Positions 1-10,128 of a stretch of DNA of 64,000 nt are shown piece by piece; position 1 is the first letter of the stretch, and each line of letters opens with the position of its first letter. This stretch comes from a virus. Under the pieces are notes generated by a model. The model did not search any database. It saw nothing but the letters and a program-made list of their open reading frames with translations, and was not told where the DNA came from. The position numbers and the translations under genes are program-made. Where the stretch lies: positions 1 through 64,000 of the IMG/VR virus record IMGVR_UViG_3300025889_018307. One strand, written 5' to 3'.

Positions 1-925
1 AACAAGGTACTATAGGTACAACAGGTTTACAAGGCACACAAGGAAGACAGGGTACTATTGGTTCACAAGGAACAATTGGCACACAAGGTACTATTGGTTC
101 ACAAGGAACAATTGGTACACAAGGTATACAAGGAACACAAGGTACTATAGGTACAACAGGTTTACAGGGTACTCAAGGAAGACAAGGTACTCAAGGAAAA
201 CAAGGTACTATAGGTACAACAGGTTTACAAGGCACACAAGGAAGACAGGGTACTATTGGTTCACAAGGAACAATTGGCACACAAGGTACTATTGGTTCAC
301 AAGGAACAATTGGTACACAAGGTATTCAAGGTAAACAAGGTACAATTGGTACAACAGGTTTACAGGGTACTCAAGGTAGACAAGGTTCACAAGGAACAAT
401 TGGTACACAAGGTACTATTGGTTCACAAGGTACTATAGGTACTCAGGGTATTCAAGGAAAACAAGGTACTATAGGTACAACAGGTTTACAGGGTACTCAA
501 GGAAGACAGGGTACTCAAGGAAGACAGGGTACTATTGGTTCACAAGGTACTATTGGTAAACAAGGTACTATTGGTTCACAAGGAACAATTGGTACACAAG
601 GTATACAAGGAACACAAGGTACTATAGGTACAACAGGTTTACAGGGTACTCAAGGAAGACAAGGTACTCAAGGAAAACAAGGTACTATAGGTACAACAGG
701 TTTACAAGGCACACAAGGAAGACAGGGTACTATTGGTTCACAAGGTACTATTGGTTCACAAGGTACTATTGGTTCACAAGGAACAATTGGTACACAAGGT
801 ACTCAAGGTACTCAAGGTATAATTGGTAAAACAGGCTTACAGGGTACTCAAGGTATAATTGGTAAAACAGGTTTACAGGGTACTCAAGGAAGACAAGGTA
901 CTCAAGGTACTCAAGGTAAAACAGG
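1..925 (+). repeat. Coding 9-bp-period tandem repeat (Gly-X-Y collagen) with larger duplicated blocks
   Basis: caaggtact/caaggaaca/ataggtaca units. The block at about 121-265 recurs essentially identically at about 599-745. Confidence 0.95.
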
Positions 926-1571
926 AACAGCAACTATAAATAACAATGCTGATAATAGAGTAATTACTGGTGATGCGAGTGTAGGAGTATTAAATGCAGA
1001 AGCTAATTTTACATATAATGCTTCAACTGATAAAATAAATATAGGTAGTGCTGCTGGGGATTATGAAATAAACTTTAATACACAAGATGCTACATTTAAT
1101 AGTGCAGATGAAGATTTTAATACAGTAATTAAAGGTTTAGGAGGAGCGGGTTCACTTAAAGTAGGTGAAAATTATGTTGACATTACTACAGCAGGATTAG
1201 GAGTAGGTACTACGGGTGTTTCAACAACAGGATTAATTAGAGCAACTAATGATGTAATAGCATTTTACTCATCAGATAGAAGATTAAAAACTAATATATT
1301 ACCTATACCTAATGCTTTGGATAAAGTAAGTTTATTAAATGGTGTTACTTTTGATTGGAAAGAATTTGAAGCAAATAAAGATAAAGCCATACATGCTAAT
1401 GAAGGATCAGACGTAGGTGTTATAGCTCAAGAAATAGAAGCTGTATTCCCAGATTTAGTAGAAACAAGAAGTAATGGTTATAAAGCAGTTAAATACGATA
1501 AATTAGTAGCAGTACTAATTGAAGCTGTTAAAGAACTAAAAGCTGAAGTTGATGAATTAAAGAAAAAATAG
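1..1571 (+). CDS. Collagen-like tail fibre with C-terminal intramolecular chaperone (peptidase S74); 5' end outside the window
   Basis: The frame starting at nt 3 is open through to the ORF-track 1317..1571 piece. It reads Gly-X-Y repeats (QGTIGTTGLQGTQGR...), then FYSSDRRLKTNI...GVIAQE and a coiled coil typical of S74 chaperones. Confidence 0.88.
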   Translation, partial: QGTIGTTGLQGTQGRQGTIGSQGTIGTQGTIGSQGTIGTQGIQGTQGTIGTTGLQGTQGRQGTQGKQGTIGTTGLQGTQGRQGTIGSQGTIGTQGTIGSQGTIGTQGIQGKQGTIGTTGLQGTQGRQGSQGTIGTQGTIGSQGTIGTQGIQGKQGTIGTTGLQGTQGRQGTQGRQGTIGSQGTIGKQGTIGSQGTIGTQGIQGTQGTIGTTGLQGTQGRQGTQGKQGTIGTTGLQGTQGRQGTIGSQGTIGSQGTIGSQGTIGTQGTQGTQGIIGKTGLQGTQGIIGKTGLQGTQGRQGTQGTQGKTGTATINNNADNRVITGDASVGVLNAEANFTYNASTDKINIGSAAGDYEINFNTQDATFNSADEDFNTVIKGLGGAGSLKVGENYVDITTAGLGVGTTGVSTTGLIRATNDVIAFYSSDRRLKTNILPIPNALDKVSLLNGVTFDWKEFEANKDKAIHANEGSDVGVIAQEIEAVFPDLVETRSNGYKAVKYDKLVAVLIEAVKELKAEVDELKKK

Positions 1572-1577
1572 GTTATT

Positions 1578-3329
1578 ATGGCAGTAAGTTTATCAAATGT
1601 GTGGAATAATGTAATTAAATTATGGGATAATACTACATTTTATTCTCAAACTACTAATTTTTCATTGAATAATACTTTTAATACAGTAGGAGCTCAAGCA
1701 TCTCTCCCAAACTCAAATTCTACAGTAAATCCCGAATCAAATTATCAATTAAAAAATTTATTTCCTTTTCAGAGTAATTTAAATGAAAATAATTCAGGGT
1801 TTCAAAGAACAATGAAAGGAACATCTACTTTAGGTGAGTGGTGCAATACTGTGTTTATACCATACGCAACATCATATAATGTAATGGCAATGAATGATGG
1901 TACTACTACAGTTAGTAAAAATGGTACAACTGTAGCTACTATAACATCTAGAGGGGGGACTACATCATTAGCCTCTCTTAGTGTAGGGGATCAAATACAC
2001 TGTACTCAACCTTTTACTCTTTATAATACTAGTAATCCTGGATTAATAGGAACATACGCAGGGTATGCTGGATTTGCTTTTGCTACAAGAAGAGATAGAT
2101 CTACTGTTGTTTTTTATTTTCAAAATTTAGACACTTCTAGATCAGTTAATGTTCAAGTAATGTATACTGCAACAGGAGGAAGTAATGTAACTAGTATGAC
2201 TAGTGTTCATACAGCAACTTTATTATCTGCTGGAACAGGTAATGCAGGATCTGATAATTCTTATTCTACTACAACAACAGGAAATTATTACATTTTAGCA
2301 GATGGTCCTATTTTAGCTTGGAGAGGACAAGCACCATCTAATGATTGTATGCCTTTATATCCAATGGCGTTAGAAGGACCTGTGTATGGTTGGTTTTCAA
2401 CAGGGGGTCATGTATTTTCAGTAAATTCTGCAGAAGTAGGAAGAACTAATTCTGGGGGTGGAGATACTATTACAGGAAGATCTTCTGCTAATGGTACATC
2501 AACTTTATGTACACCTAGTAGTGGAAGAGACAATACATATACTAATATTGCTGGAGGACCTTCTGGAGGAAGTTATTTTTCAGGTGAATGTACTGCTGTT
2601 TATGGAACTTCACCTCAACTAACATTACTTTCAGCAGAGTCACAAGCAGATGGAAATGGAACAGAAATGACTCCTTTTACTGCAAAAGAAGCACATGGAA
2701 GGGGAACAATAGTAGGAGGATCTTGTGCATGGAATGCTTTTGTATCATCAGGTTATTCAGGATCTGCTCCTGCAGCAAGTGGGTATTCTGATGTAATTAT
2801 GAGATTTAATTCAGCAGGTACTTTTCAAGAAGCAAAAGCATTTAGTGGTCAAAATACAACTACTCCTCATTCATCAAAAGCATATTTTGGAAATGGATCA
2901 GGAACAGGAACATCAGCTAATGCAGGAGATTTTTTCTTATGTAATGTAGCAGTTCAAGGTTTTTGTGATACAGATGCAACTGATAAAGATGAAACAGTTA
3001 ATATTATGTCTAATGATATTTCTAAACCAACAGCAAATTCTCATACTTTATTAGTAGATACTTTTACATCAGGAACTCCAGGTCAAATCGAACCCTGGGA
3101 CACAACAGCTGCAGCTTGTGATGATTTAACTAGTGGTTTTGCTGAAGGTGGTACTGTATATTCACCTTCATCTACATTAGCTCTTGGATCAGTATTATTT
3201 TGGGACTCAAACTTTCTATATCCTGTTAACGGTCAAAATTTATATGTTGGTATAGGTTCAGGAAGATCATTTTTCCAATTTCAATTAGGTTATGAAGGAA
3301 TTTTAAAAACTGCTCCAACTGCTTGTTAG
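1578..3329 (+). CDS. Putative tail fibre/receptor-binding-associated virion protein
   Basis: 583 aa, G/S/T-rich and beta-like, directly after the fibre gene; no family recognised. Confidence 0.5.
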   Translation: MAVSLSNVWNNVIKLWDNTTFYSQTTNFSLNNTFNTVGAQASLPNSNSTVNPESNYQLKNLFPFQSNLNENNSGFQRTMKGTSTLGEWCNTVFIPYATSYNVMAMNDGTTTVSKNGTTVATITSRGGTTSLASLSVGDQIHCTQPFTLYNTSNPGLIGTYAGYAGFAFATRRDRSTVVFYFQNLDTSRSVNVQVMYTATGGSNVTSMTSVHTATLLSAGTGNAGSDNSYSTTTTGNYYILADGPILAWRGQAPSNDCMPLYPMALEGPVYGWFSTGGHVFSVNSAEVGRTNSGGGDTITGRSSANGTSTLCTPSSGRDNTYTNIAGGPSGGSYFSGECTAVYGTSPQLTLLSAESQADGNGTEMTPFTAKEAHGRGTIVGGSCAWNAFVSSGYSGSAPAASGYSDVIMRFNSAGTFQEAKAFSGQNTTTPHSSKAYFGNGSGTGTSANAGDFFLCNVAVQGFCDTDATDKDETVNIMSNDISKPTANSHTLLVDTFTSGTPGQIEPWDTTAAACDDLTSGFAEGGTVYSPSSTLALGSVLFWDSNFLYPVNGQNLYVGIGSGRSFFQFQLGYEGILKTAPTAC

Positions 3330-3887
3330 ATGTATACGTTTTTAAAAGATAAAATTTTAGACGAAAACGAAAAAGAAATAATGATGGAGTGGGAAACTCC
3401 CATTATGAAAGAACATGCTAAAGTTGTAACTGAAAATGGTGGTGATATATTAGAGATAGGATTTGGTATGGGTATTTGTTCAAATTTTATACAACAACAT
3501 AATATAAAATCTCATACTATAATTGAAATTAATGATCAAGTATTTGATAGATTATTAAAATGGGCTAAAGATAAACCTAATGTTATTCCTATAAAAGGTG
3601 ATTGGTTTAGTAGCATTCCTGATAAAAAATATGATGGTATAATGCATGATACGTGGGAGGATAAAAATTTTAATAATTTATTACCTACAGTAAAAAAATA
3701 TTTAAAACCTAAAGGTATAATAACTTACTATAATCCTTTTACAAAAGAAGTAGCAGAACATACTTCTAAAATAAATAATGAAAAAGTTATTTTTAATCAT
3801 GTAAGTGTTAATCCACCTACTGAAGAAATGAAATACAAATATTTTACTAAAAAAGATTATTATTGTATTAAAATGGTTGTTGATTAA
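3330..3887 (+). CDS. Class I SAM-dependent methyltransferase (Rmt2/GAMT-like)
   Basis: MMEWETPIM, ILEIGFGMG (motif I), HTIIE, YDGIMHDT. Confidence 0.8.
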   Translation: MYTFLKDKILDENEKEIMMEWETPIMKEHAKVVTENGGDILEIGFGMGICSNFIQQHNIKSHTIIEINDQVFDRLLKWAKDKPNVIPIKGDWFSSIPDKKYDGIMHDTWEDKNFNNLLPTVKKYLKPKGIITYYNPFTKEVAEHTSKINNEKVIFNHVSVNPPTEEMKYKYFTKKDYYCIKMVVD

Positions 3888-3900
3888 ACAATTTTTTTCC

Positions 3901-3910
3901 ATATTTATAA
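3901..3910 (+). promoter_or_regulatory. Putative late promoter ATATTTATAA
   Basis: Motif recurs shortly upstream of structural gene starts. Confidence 0.7.
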
Positions 3911-3923
3911 CAAAAATAAAATT

Positions 3924-5081
3924 ATGGCTGTAATCCCTATTTATCCTGGTTCATCATCATTCTTTCCTGGAGATACACCTTTTGGATTCTATGATAATCA
4001 ATATGATTTTCAAGTAGATGCTGACAAAGTAGTAACTTATGTAGCAAGAAGATTAGGTTATCCTATAATGGATGTTGAGTTACAAGATTTAAATTTCTAC
4101 GCAGCATTTGAAGATGCAGTAACTACTTATGGTAATGAATTATATGCTTATAAAGTAAGAGAAAATTATTTATCAATTGAAGGATCACCAACAGCTTCAA
4201 ATTTAAACCATGAATTGGTAACTCCTAATTTTGCTAGTGTAGTACGTTATACAGAGCAGTATGGAGAAGAAGCAGGAACAGGAGGAACCACAACTTGGTA
4301 TTCAGGATCAATTCCTATTACAGCAGGTAAACAAGATTATGATTTAAAAACATGGGCTTCAGAATCATTAGGATTAGATAATAAAGATTTTATTGAAGTA
4401 AAGAGGGTATTTTATGAAGCAACACCTGCGATTGTAAAATTCTTTGATCCTTATGCTGGTACAGGAACTGGTATGATGAATATGATGGATACATTTGGTT
4501 GGGGTAATTATTCACCTGCAATTAATTTTATGTTGATGCCTATTAGTTTTGATTTACAAAAAATTCAAGCTATAGAATTAAATGATCAAATTAGAAAGTC
4601 ACAGTTTTCATTTGAATTAATCAATAATAATTTAAGAATATTTCCTATACCCCAAAATAGTGGAACTCTATGGATACAGTATATAAAATTATCAGATAGA
4701 AATAATCCAATATCTCAGTATCCTAAGGGACAATTTAATGTAACAAATGTTTCAAATGTTAATTATTGTAATCCTGATTATTGTGAAATTAATTCAATAG
4801 GTAGAAGTTGGATTTTTGATTATACTCTAGCATTATGTAAAGAAATACTAGGGTATATTAGAGGTAAATATACACAAGTACCCATTCCTGGAGCTGAAAC
4901 TGTATTAAATCAACAAGATTTACTTACAGCCGCAACAACAGAAAAAGAGGCATTAATTACAAGATTAAGAGAATATTTTGATGAAACATCAAGAAGTAAT
5001 TTATTAGCGGTTAAGGCAGCTGAAGCAGAATCATTACAAAAGATTGAAGCAGCAGTCCCTTACCCAATTTATATAGGATAA
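3924..5081 (+). CDS. Neck/head-tail adaptor protein (T4 gp13-like)
   Basis: RRLGYPIMDVEL near the N-terminus, LGYIRGKY near the C-terminus; position before the tail genes. Confidence 0.7.
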   Translation: MAVIPIYPGSSSFFPGDTPFGFYDNQYDFQVDADKVVTYVARRLGYPIMDVELQDLNFYAAFEDAVTTYGNELYAYKVRENYLSIEGSPTASNLNHELVTPNFASVVRYTEQYGEEAGTGGTTTWYSGSIPITAGKQDYDLKTWASESLGLDNKDFIEVKRVFYEATPAIVKFFDPYAGTGTGMMNMMDTFGWGNYSPAINFMLMPISFDLQKIQAIELNDQIRKSQFSFELINNNLRIFPIPQNSGTLWIQYIKLSDRNNPISQYPKGQFNVTNVSNVNYCNPDYCEINSIGRSWIFDYTLALCKEILGYIRGKYTQVPIPGAETVLNQQDLLTAATTEKEALITRLREYFDETSRSNLLAVKAAEAESLQKIEAAVPYPIYIG

Positions 5082-5082
5082 T

Positions 5083-5658
5083 ATGGCATTATTTGGATCA
5101 GCAAGAGATGTAAGCATGTTTAGAGGTATTAGTAGAGAACTAATGTGGGATGTTATTGTTCAAGAATGTGCACTTTATAAATTTAGATTAGAAGAAACTA
5201 ATGTTAATATTTATGGAGAAGCTGCTGAAGAAAAGTATTATGAAGCTCCAATGTTACTTAATACATTAATTGATAGACAAGATCAAAGTTCTCCTAATAC
5301 AGATTTAGGTATTGATTTTGCAGGAGGTCGTACATTTAAATTCTTAAGAGATGATTTAGCAGGAGTAAAAGCTAATGGATCTGGTAACATAGGAGTAATT
5401 GTTCCTGAAGTTGGTGATATAATATGGTATGAAAATGGATATTATGAAATTTACAATTTAATTAATAATCAATTATTTGTTGGTAAAGATCCAGATTATC
5501 CTAATAAAGATGATAATGGATATAATCCATATGGCAACTCAGATTTAGAAAACTTTGGCTATGATGTATCAATAATAGCCGAAACACATTATGTACCAGC
5601 AGACAAAGTAGCAATATCAGAAGAAAGATTAATATCAAGTATAAAACATGTCAAGTAA
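5083..5658 (+). CDS. Head closure/neck protein (gp14-like)
   Basis: NIYGEA and PEVGDII motifs; synteny. Confidence 0.6.
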   Translation: MALFGSARDVSMFRGISRELMWDVIVQECALYKFRLEETNVNIYGEAAEEKYYEAPMLLNTLIDRQDQSSPNTDLGIDFAGGRTFKFLRDDLAGVKANGSGNIGVIVPEVGDIIWYENGYYEIYNLINNQLFVGKDPDYPNKDDNGYNPYGNSDLENFGYDVSIIAETHYVPADKVAISEERLISSIKHVK

Positions 5659-6637
5659 AGGAAGAAAAGTAATACCAAAATCTCAAAAAGAGATAAGTAA
5701 AGGAATGCATCATCCTTATTCTAAGGAAGCTGGTAATCCTAATAATGCTGCTTATGAAAGAACTAACAGAAGTAATCAAGTTTCTTTTAAAGGTGATACT
5801 GTAAAACCTTTTTCAGTTGGTTTATATGATATTGATGAAACTATATTATATTATTTCAATAATGTAATTAAACCTACAGTAATTCAAAATGGTAGAAGAG
5901 AAGAAGTTCCCGTTATTTATGCTGATTCTGAAAGATGGAATCAAATTCAAAAAAATGGGTATTTTAGAGATAGAAAAGATAGAATAATGATGCCTTTAAT
6001 TACTTTTAAAAGAACTAATATTGAAAAAAATAGAAATATTACTAATAAATTAGATGCTAATTTTCCCAATAATTATAGAATGTTTGAAAAATCATATAGT
6101 AGTAATAACACCTATGATAAATTCAATATATTAAATAATAGAAGACCTACAAAAAATATGTATGCTGTTGTTGTTCCTGATTATGTAACATTAAATTATG
6201 ATTGTATTATTTCAACTTATTATATGGAACAAATGAATGGGATAATAGAAGCAATAAATTATGCTTCAGATTCATATTGGGGTAATCCTGAAAGATATCA
6301 ATTTAGAGCTAGAATTGATTCAGTAGCAACTAATGTAGAAATGCCTGCAGATCAAGATAGATTAGTTAAAAGTACTTTTAGCATAAAAATGTATGGTTAT
6401 ATAGTACCTAATATACTTCAAAAAGATCTATCTTCAATTAAAAAATACAATTCTAAAGCTTCAATTACATTTAATTCTGAAGTAGTAAGTAATATAGATG
6501 ATGTAAATCCTTCTCAAGCTAGTAGAACAGATATTGATTATACTGACAATGTTAATTATGTAGATCCTCCATCAACAAGAGTACCTTCAAATAGAATAAA
6601 TACAAACAGAATACCACCATCTCCTGCACAAGAATAG
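5648..6637 (+). CDS. Tail terminator/sheath stabiliser (gp15-like)
   Basis: VPVIYA..ERW, MPLI, PDYVTLNY..MEQMNGIIE; synteny. Confidence 0.65.
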   Translation: MSSKGRKVIPKSQKEISKGMHHPYSKEAGNPNNAAYERTNRSNQVSFKGDTVKPFSVGLYDIDETILYYFNNVIKPTVIQNGRREEVPVIYADSERWNQIQKNGYFRDRKDRIMMPLITFKRTNIEKNRNITNKLDANFPNNYRMFEKSYSSNNTYDKFNILNNRRPTKNMYAVVVPDYVTLNYDCIISTYYMEQMNGIIEAINYASDSYWGNPERYQFRARIDSVATNVEMPADQDRLVKSTFSIKMYGYIVPNILQKDLSSIKKYNSKASITFNSEVVSNIDDVNPSQASRTDIDYTDNVNYVDPPSTRVPSNRINTNRIPPSPAQE

Positions 6638-6669
6638 TTAAAATAATTTAATTTTTAAATAATTTATTA

Positions 6670-6679
6670 ATATGTATAA
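6670..6679 (+). promoter_or_regulatory. Putative late promoter ATATGTATAA
   Basis: Variant of the recurrent motif in an intergenic gap. Confidence 0.55.
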
Positions 6680-6717
6680 TTGATAATAAAATTAATTATT
6701 AACCAAAAATAAAAGTA

Positions 6718-6972
6718 ATGTCAAAAATAAAAGTTTTAACTGAAGCAGAAATTGAAAATATAAAAAAAGTAAGAGAAGATTTTCAAATTTTAGTAGGTAA
6801 TGTAGGAGAAGTTGAGGTAGCTATAATAAATCTTAACAAAAAGAAAAAAGAATTAGAAAATGAATTATTATTAATTCAAGAAAAAGAAACAAAAATAGCT
6901 GTAGATTTAGAAAAAAAATATGGCAAAGGAAATATCTCATTGGAAACAGGAGAGTTTACCCCAATAGAGTAG
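6718..6972 (+). CDS. Small coiled-coil protein
   Basis: 84 aa with heptads, ends KYGKGNISLETGEF. Confidence 0.7.
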   Translation: MSKIKVLTEAEIENIKKVREDFQILVGNVGEVEVAIINLNKKKKELENELLLIQEKETKIAVDLEKKYGKGNISLETGEFTPIE

Positions 6973-6989
6973 TTTTTTAAAAAAAACAC

Positions 6990-7028
6990 AATATTTATAA
7001 TAAAATAAAACAACATAAAAAATGGCAG
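6990..7028 (+). promoter_or_regulatory. Late promoter and leader of the sheath gene (near-identical copy at 8779-8817)
   Basis: aatatttataataaaataaaacaacataaaaaATGgcag. Confidence 0.8.
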
Positions 7029-8764
7029 AAGTATTAATATCACCGGGTGTTTTAGCAAGAGAAAACGACCAATCACAAATAACAGCAGGACCAGTACAAG
7101 CTGGAGCTGCAATTATTGGACCAGCCGTAAAAGGTCAACAAAATATTCCTAAACTAGTAACTAGCTATTCTGAATATTTAGCTAATTTTGGTAGTACATT
7201 TTTAAGTGGATCGAATCAATATACATATTTTACATCGATCTCAGCTTATAATTATTTTCAAAATGGTGGAACTTCATTATTAGTAACTAGAGTAACTCCA
7301 GGAGCTTTTAGTGCTGCCACATCATCATTAATACCAACAGGATCTGCTGGAACATTAACTGCAGATACATCTCCTTTTGTATTAGAAACATTAGCTCATG
7401 GTAATATAATGAATTCTGGTCCTCAAGCCGATGTTGGAACTAACGGAACATTAACATCAGGATCATCTGATAACTTTAGATGGGAAATAACAAATCCAAG
7501 TACTTCATCAGGTGTATTTTCATTATTAATAAGACAAGGTAATGATACTCAAACTTCTAAACAAGTAGTTGAAACATTTTCAAACATATCATTAGATCCA
7601 TTAGCTACAAATTATGTTTCAAAAGTAATTGGTGATCAAGTACAAACAGTAAGAGGATCAGGAACTGATGTTTATTTACAATCATCTGGATCTTATCCAA
7701 ATGCTTCAAGATATGTAAGAGTAAAAGAAGTTAATTTCCAAACTCCTAATTATTTTGATAACGCCGGAAGTCCAAAATCTATATTTACAGGATCAATACC
7801 AGCTGCATCCTCAGGATCATTTGGGGGTGGTATAGGTGACATATCAGGAAGTGGTGACCCAGCCAATTACTATCAAAACATTAATGATGTAGATTCTCAA
7901 GGTTTAGTAGGTACAGATTATACAACAGCAATTAATCTACTTGCAAATAGAGATGACTTTAGATATAATATGATCACAGCTCCAGGTTTAATATTAGCAA
8001 ATGGTACTACAGGAGCAGGTTGGACAACAATTCAATCAAATTGTGAAACTAGAGGAGATGCAATATTTGTAGGTGATTTAGTTAATTATAATGCTTCATT
8101 AACACAAGTAACAGGACAAGCAGCTTCAGTTGATTCCTCATATGTAGCTTCATATTGGCCTTGGTTACAAGTAATTGACCCAGATTCAAGAGATTTAGTT
8201 TGGGTTCCAGCTTCAACAATGATACCAGGAGTATATGCTTACAATGATAGAGCAGGTGAGCCATGGTTTGCACCAGCGGGTATTAATAGAGGAGGATTAG
8301 GAGCAGTTAATCAGGCAGAAAGAAAATTAACTAATACTAATAGAGATGATTTATATACTGGAAAAGTAAATCCTATAGCTTCATTCCCAGGACAAGGAAT
8401 TGTAGTATTTGGACAGAAAACACTTCAAACTAAAGCTTCTGCTTTAGATAGAGTAAATGTAAGAAGATTACTAATTACACTTAAAAATTATATTTCACAA
8501 ATCGCTGATACATTAGTATTCGAACAAAATACTGCAGCTACAAGAAATACATTTTTAGCTCAAGTTAATCCTTACTTAGAGTCAGTACAACAAAGACAAG
8601 GTTTATATGCATTTAAAGTAGTAATGGATAATACAAATAACACACCAGATGTAATTGACAGAAATGAATTAATTGGTGCTGTTTATTTACAACCAACTAA
8701 AACGGCTGAATTTATTTACCTAGACTTTAACATTTTACCAACTGGAGCAACTTTCCCAGCATAA
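7022..8764 (+). CDS. Contractile tail sheath protein (gp18-like)
   Basis: SPGV N-terminus, YWPW, PWFAPAG.NRG, RVNVRRL, FEQN, PTKTAEFI. Confidence 0.95.
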   Translation: MAEVLISPGVLARENDQSQITAGPVQAGAAIIGPAVKGQQNIPKLVTSYSEYLANFGSTFLSGSNQYTYFTSISAYNYFQNGGTSLLVTRVTPGAFSAATSSLIPTGSAGTLTADTSPFVLETLAHGNIMNSGPQADVGTNGTLTSGSSDNFRWEITNPSTSSGVFSLLIRQGNDTQTSKQVVETFSNISLDPLATNYVSKVIGDQVQTVRGSGTDVYLQSSGSYPNASRYVRVKEVNFQTPNYFDNAGSPKSIFTGSIPAASSGSFGGGIGDISGSGDPANYYQNINDVDSQGLVGTDYTTAINLLANRDDFRYNMITAPGLILANGTTGAGWTTIQSNCETRGDAIFVGDLVNYNASLTQVTGQAASVDSSYVASYWPWLQVIDPDSRDLVWVPASTMIPGVYAYNDRAGEPWFAPAGINRGGLGAVNQAERKLTNTNRDDLYTGKVNPIASFPGQGIVVFGQKTLQTKASALDRVNVRRLLITLKNYISQIADTLVFEQNTAATRNTFLAQVNPYLESVQQRQGLYAFKVVMDNTNNTPDVIDRNELIGAVYLQPTKTAEFIYLDFNILPTGATFPA

Positions 8765-8778
8765 AAATGAAAAACAAT

Positions 8779-8817
8779 AATATTTATAATAAAATAAAAT
8801 AACATAAAAAATGGCAG
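8779..8817 (+). promoter_or_regulatory. Late promoter and leader of the tube gene
   Basis: aatatttataataaaataaaataacataaaaaATGgcag. Confidence 0.8.
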
Positions 8818-9299
8818 TATTAGATCCCAACGAAATATTTTTCACCGCTTTTGAACCAAAAGTAGCTAATAGATTTGTATTGTATGTTGATGGTATACCA
8901 TCGTATATAATTAAAGGAGTTAGTGGAATGGGGTTCGCGCAAGATGAAATAGTATTAAATCATATAAACACTTATAGAAAAGTAAAAGGTAAATTAAGAT
9001 GGAATGATTTAACAATGGAATTATTTGATCCTATTACCCCTTCAGGAGCTCAAGCAGTAATGGAGTGGACAAGATTACACCATGAATCAGTTACTGGTAG
9101 AGATGGTTATTCTGATTTCTATAAAAAAGATTTAACTATTGATGTATTAGGTCCTGTAGGTGATGTAGTATCAGAATGGATTATTAAAGGTGCATTTATT
9201 AAAGATGCTGCATTTGGTGACATGAATTGGGATGATGACACCACTGTAATGAATATTTCATTAACAATAGGAATGGATTACTGCGTATTAAATTTCTAA
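8811..9299 (+). CDS. Tail tube protein (gp19-like)
   Basis: 162 aa following the sheath; EP..ANRF, WNDLTM, YKKDLTI, W.IKGAF. Confidence 0.9.
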   Translation: MAVLDPNEIFFTAFEPKVANRFVLYVDGIPSYIIKGVSGMGFAQDEIVLNHINTYRKVKGKLRWNDLTMELFDPITPSGAQAVMEWTRLHHESVTGRDGYSDFYKKDLTIDVLGPVGDVVSEWIIKGAFIKDAAFGDMNWDDDTTVMNISLTIGMDYCVLNF

Positions 9300-9324
9300 A
9301 AGAAAATTTATATATTTTACATTT

Positions 9325-9350
9325 AAGCTTGGCTTCGGTCAAGCTTTTTT
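9325..9350 (+). terminator. Rho-independent terminator with UUCG loop
   Basis: aagcttggc-ttcg-gtcaagctt followed by a T run. Confidence 0.9.
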
Positions 9351-9359
9351 GTATTATGT

Positions 9360-9369
9360 ATATGTATAA
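9360..9369 (+). promoter_or_regulatory. Putative late promoter ATATGTATAA
   Basis: Lies just after the terminator and before the chaperone gene. Confidence 0.65.
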
Positions 9370-9399
9370 TAAAACACAAGTTATTAACAAATAAAAATT

Positions 9400-10128
9400 A
9401 TGAGCGAAGAAAAATTCCAATTCCCCACAGAATTTGTTGATTTACCATCAGAAGGTAAAATTTATCCTAAAGATCATCCATTATCATCTGGAAGAGTAGA
9501 AATGAAATATATGACTGCTAAAGAAGAAGATATTTTAACTAACCAGAATTATATAGAAAAAGGAATTGTATTAGATAGATTAATAGAAGCTCTTACTATG
9601 AATAAATTTGATATTAAAGATATTCATCCTGGAGATAAAAATGCAATTTTTATATCTGCTAGAATATTAGGTTATGGTTCAGAATATAAATTTGAATATG
9701 CTGGAAAGGAATATACAATTGATTTAACAAAAGTTAAAAATAAACCATTTGATATTAAATCTTTAACAGATGAAGGTTATGGTACTTTTGAAATGCCTTC
9801 AAATGGAACTATAGTAAAATATAAATATTTAACTGAAAAAGATGTTGATAATATTACTCAAGAAGTATTAGGGATTTCTAAAATAAGTAAAGGAGCAGCT
9901 CCTGAAATTACTACAAAATTAAAACATCAAATTGTTTCGGTTAATGGGGATAGTAATAAATCTGAAATTCGTAAATATGTTGATACTTTTCTCTTAGCTC
10001 GTGATTCTAGAGCATTAAGAAATCATATTAGAGACACAGCTCCTGATGTCGATTTAAATTATGTAACTGATGATGGAACTACAATTTCAATTCCTATTAC
10101 TATAAATTTTTTCTGGCCCGATCTTTAA
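9400..10128 (+). CDS. Tail assembly chaperone / baseplate hub assembly protein (gp26-like)
   Basis: VDLPSEG, MTAKEEDIL, C-terminal FFWP; lies between tube and tape measure. Confidence 0.75.
   Translation: MSEEKFQFPTEFVDLPSEGKIYPKDHPLSSGRVEMKYMTAKEEDILTNQNYIEKGIVLDRLIEALTMNKFDIKDIHPGDKNAIFISARILGYGSEYKFEYAGKEYTIDLTKVKNKPFDIKSLTDEGYGTFEMPSNGTIVKYKYLTEKDVDNITQEVLGISKISKGAAPEITTKLKHQIVSVNGDSNKSEIRKYVDTFLLARDSRALRNHIRDTAPDVDLNYVTDDGTTISIPITINFFWPDL

Noticed and set aside
1-925. Possible CRISPR array or non-coding satellite; also ORF 256..438
   Set aside because: The 9-bp periodicity is an in-frame Gly-X-Y coding repeat with no unique spacers. ORF 256..438 is an off-frame shadow of it.
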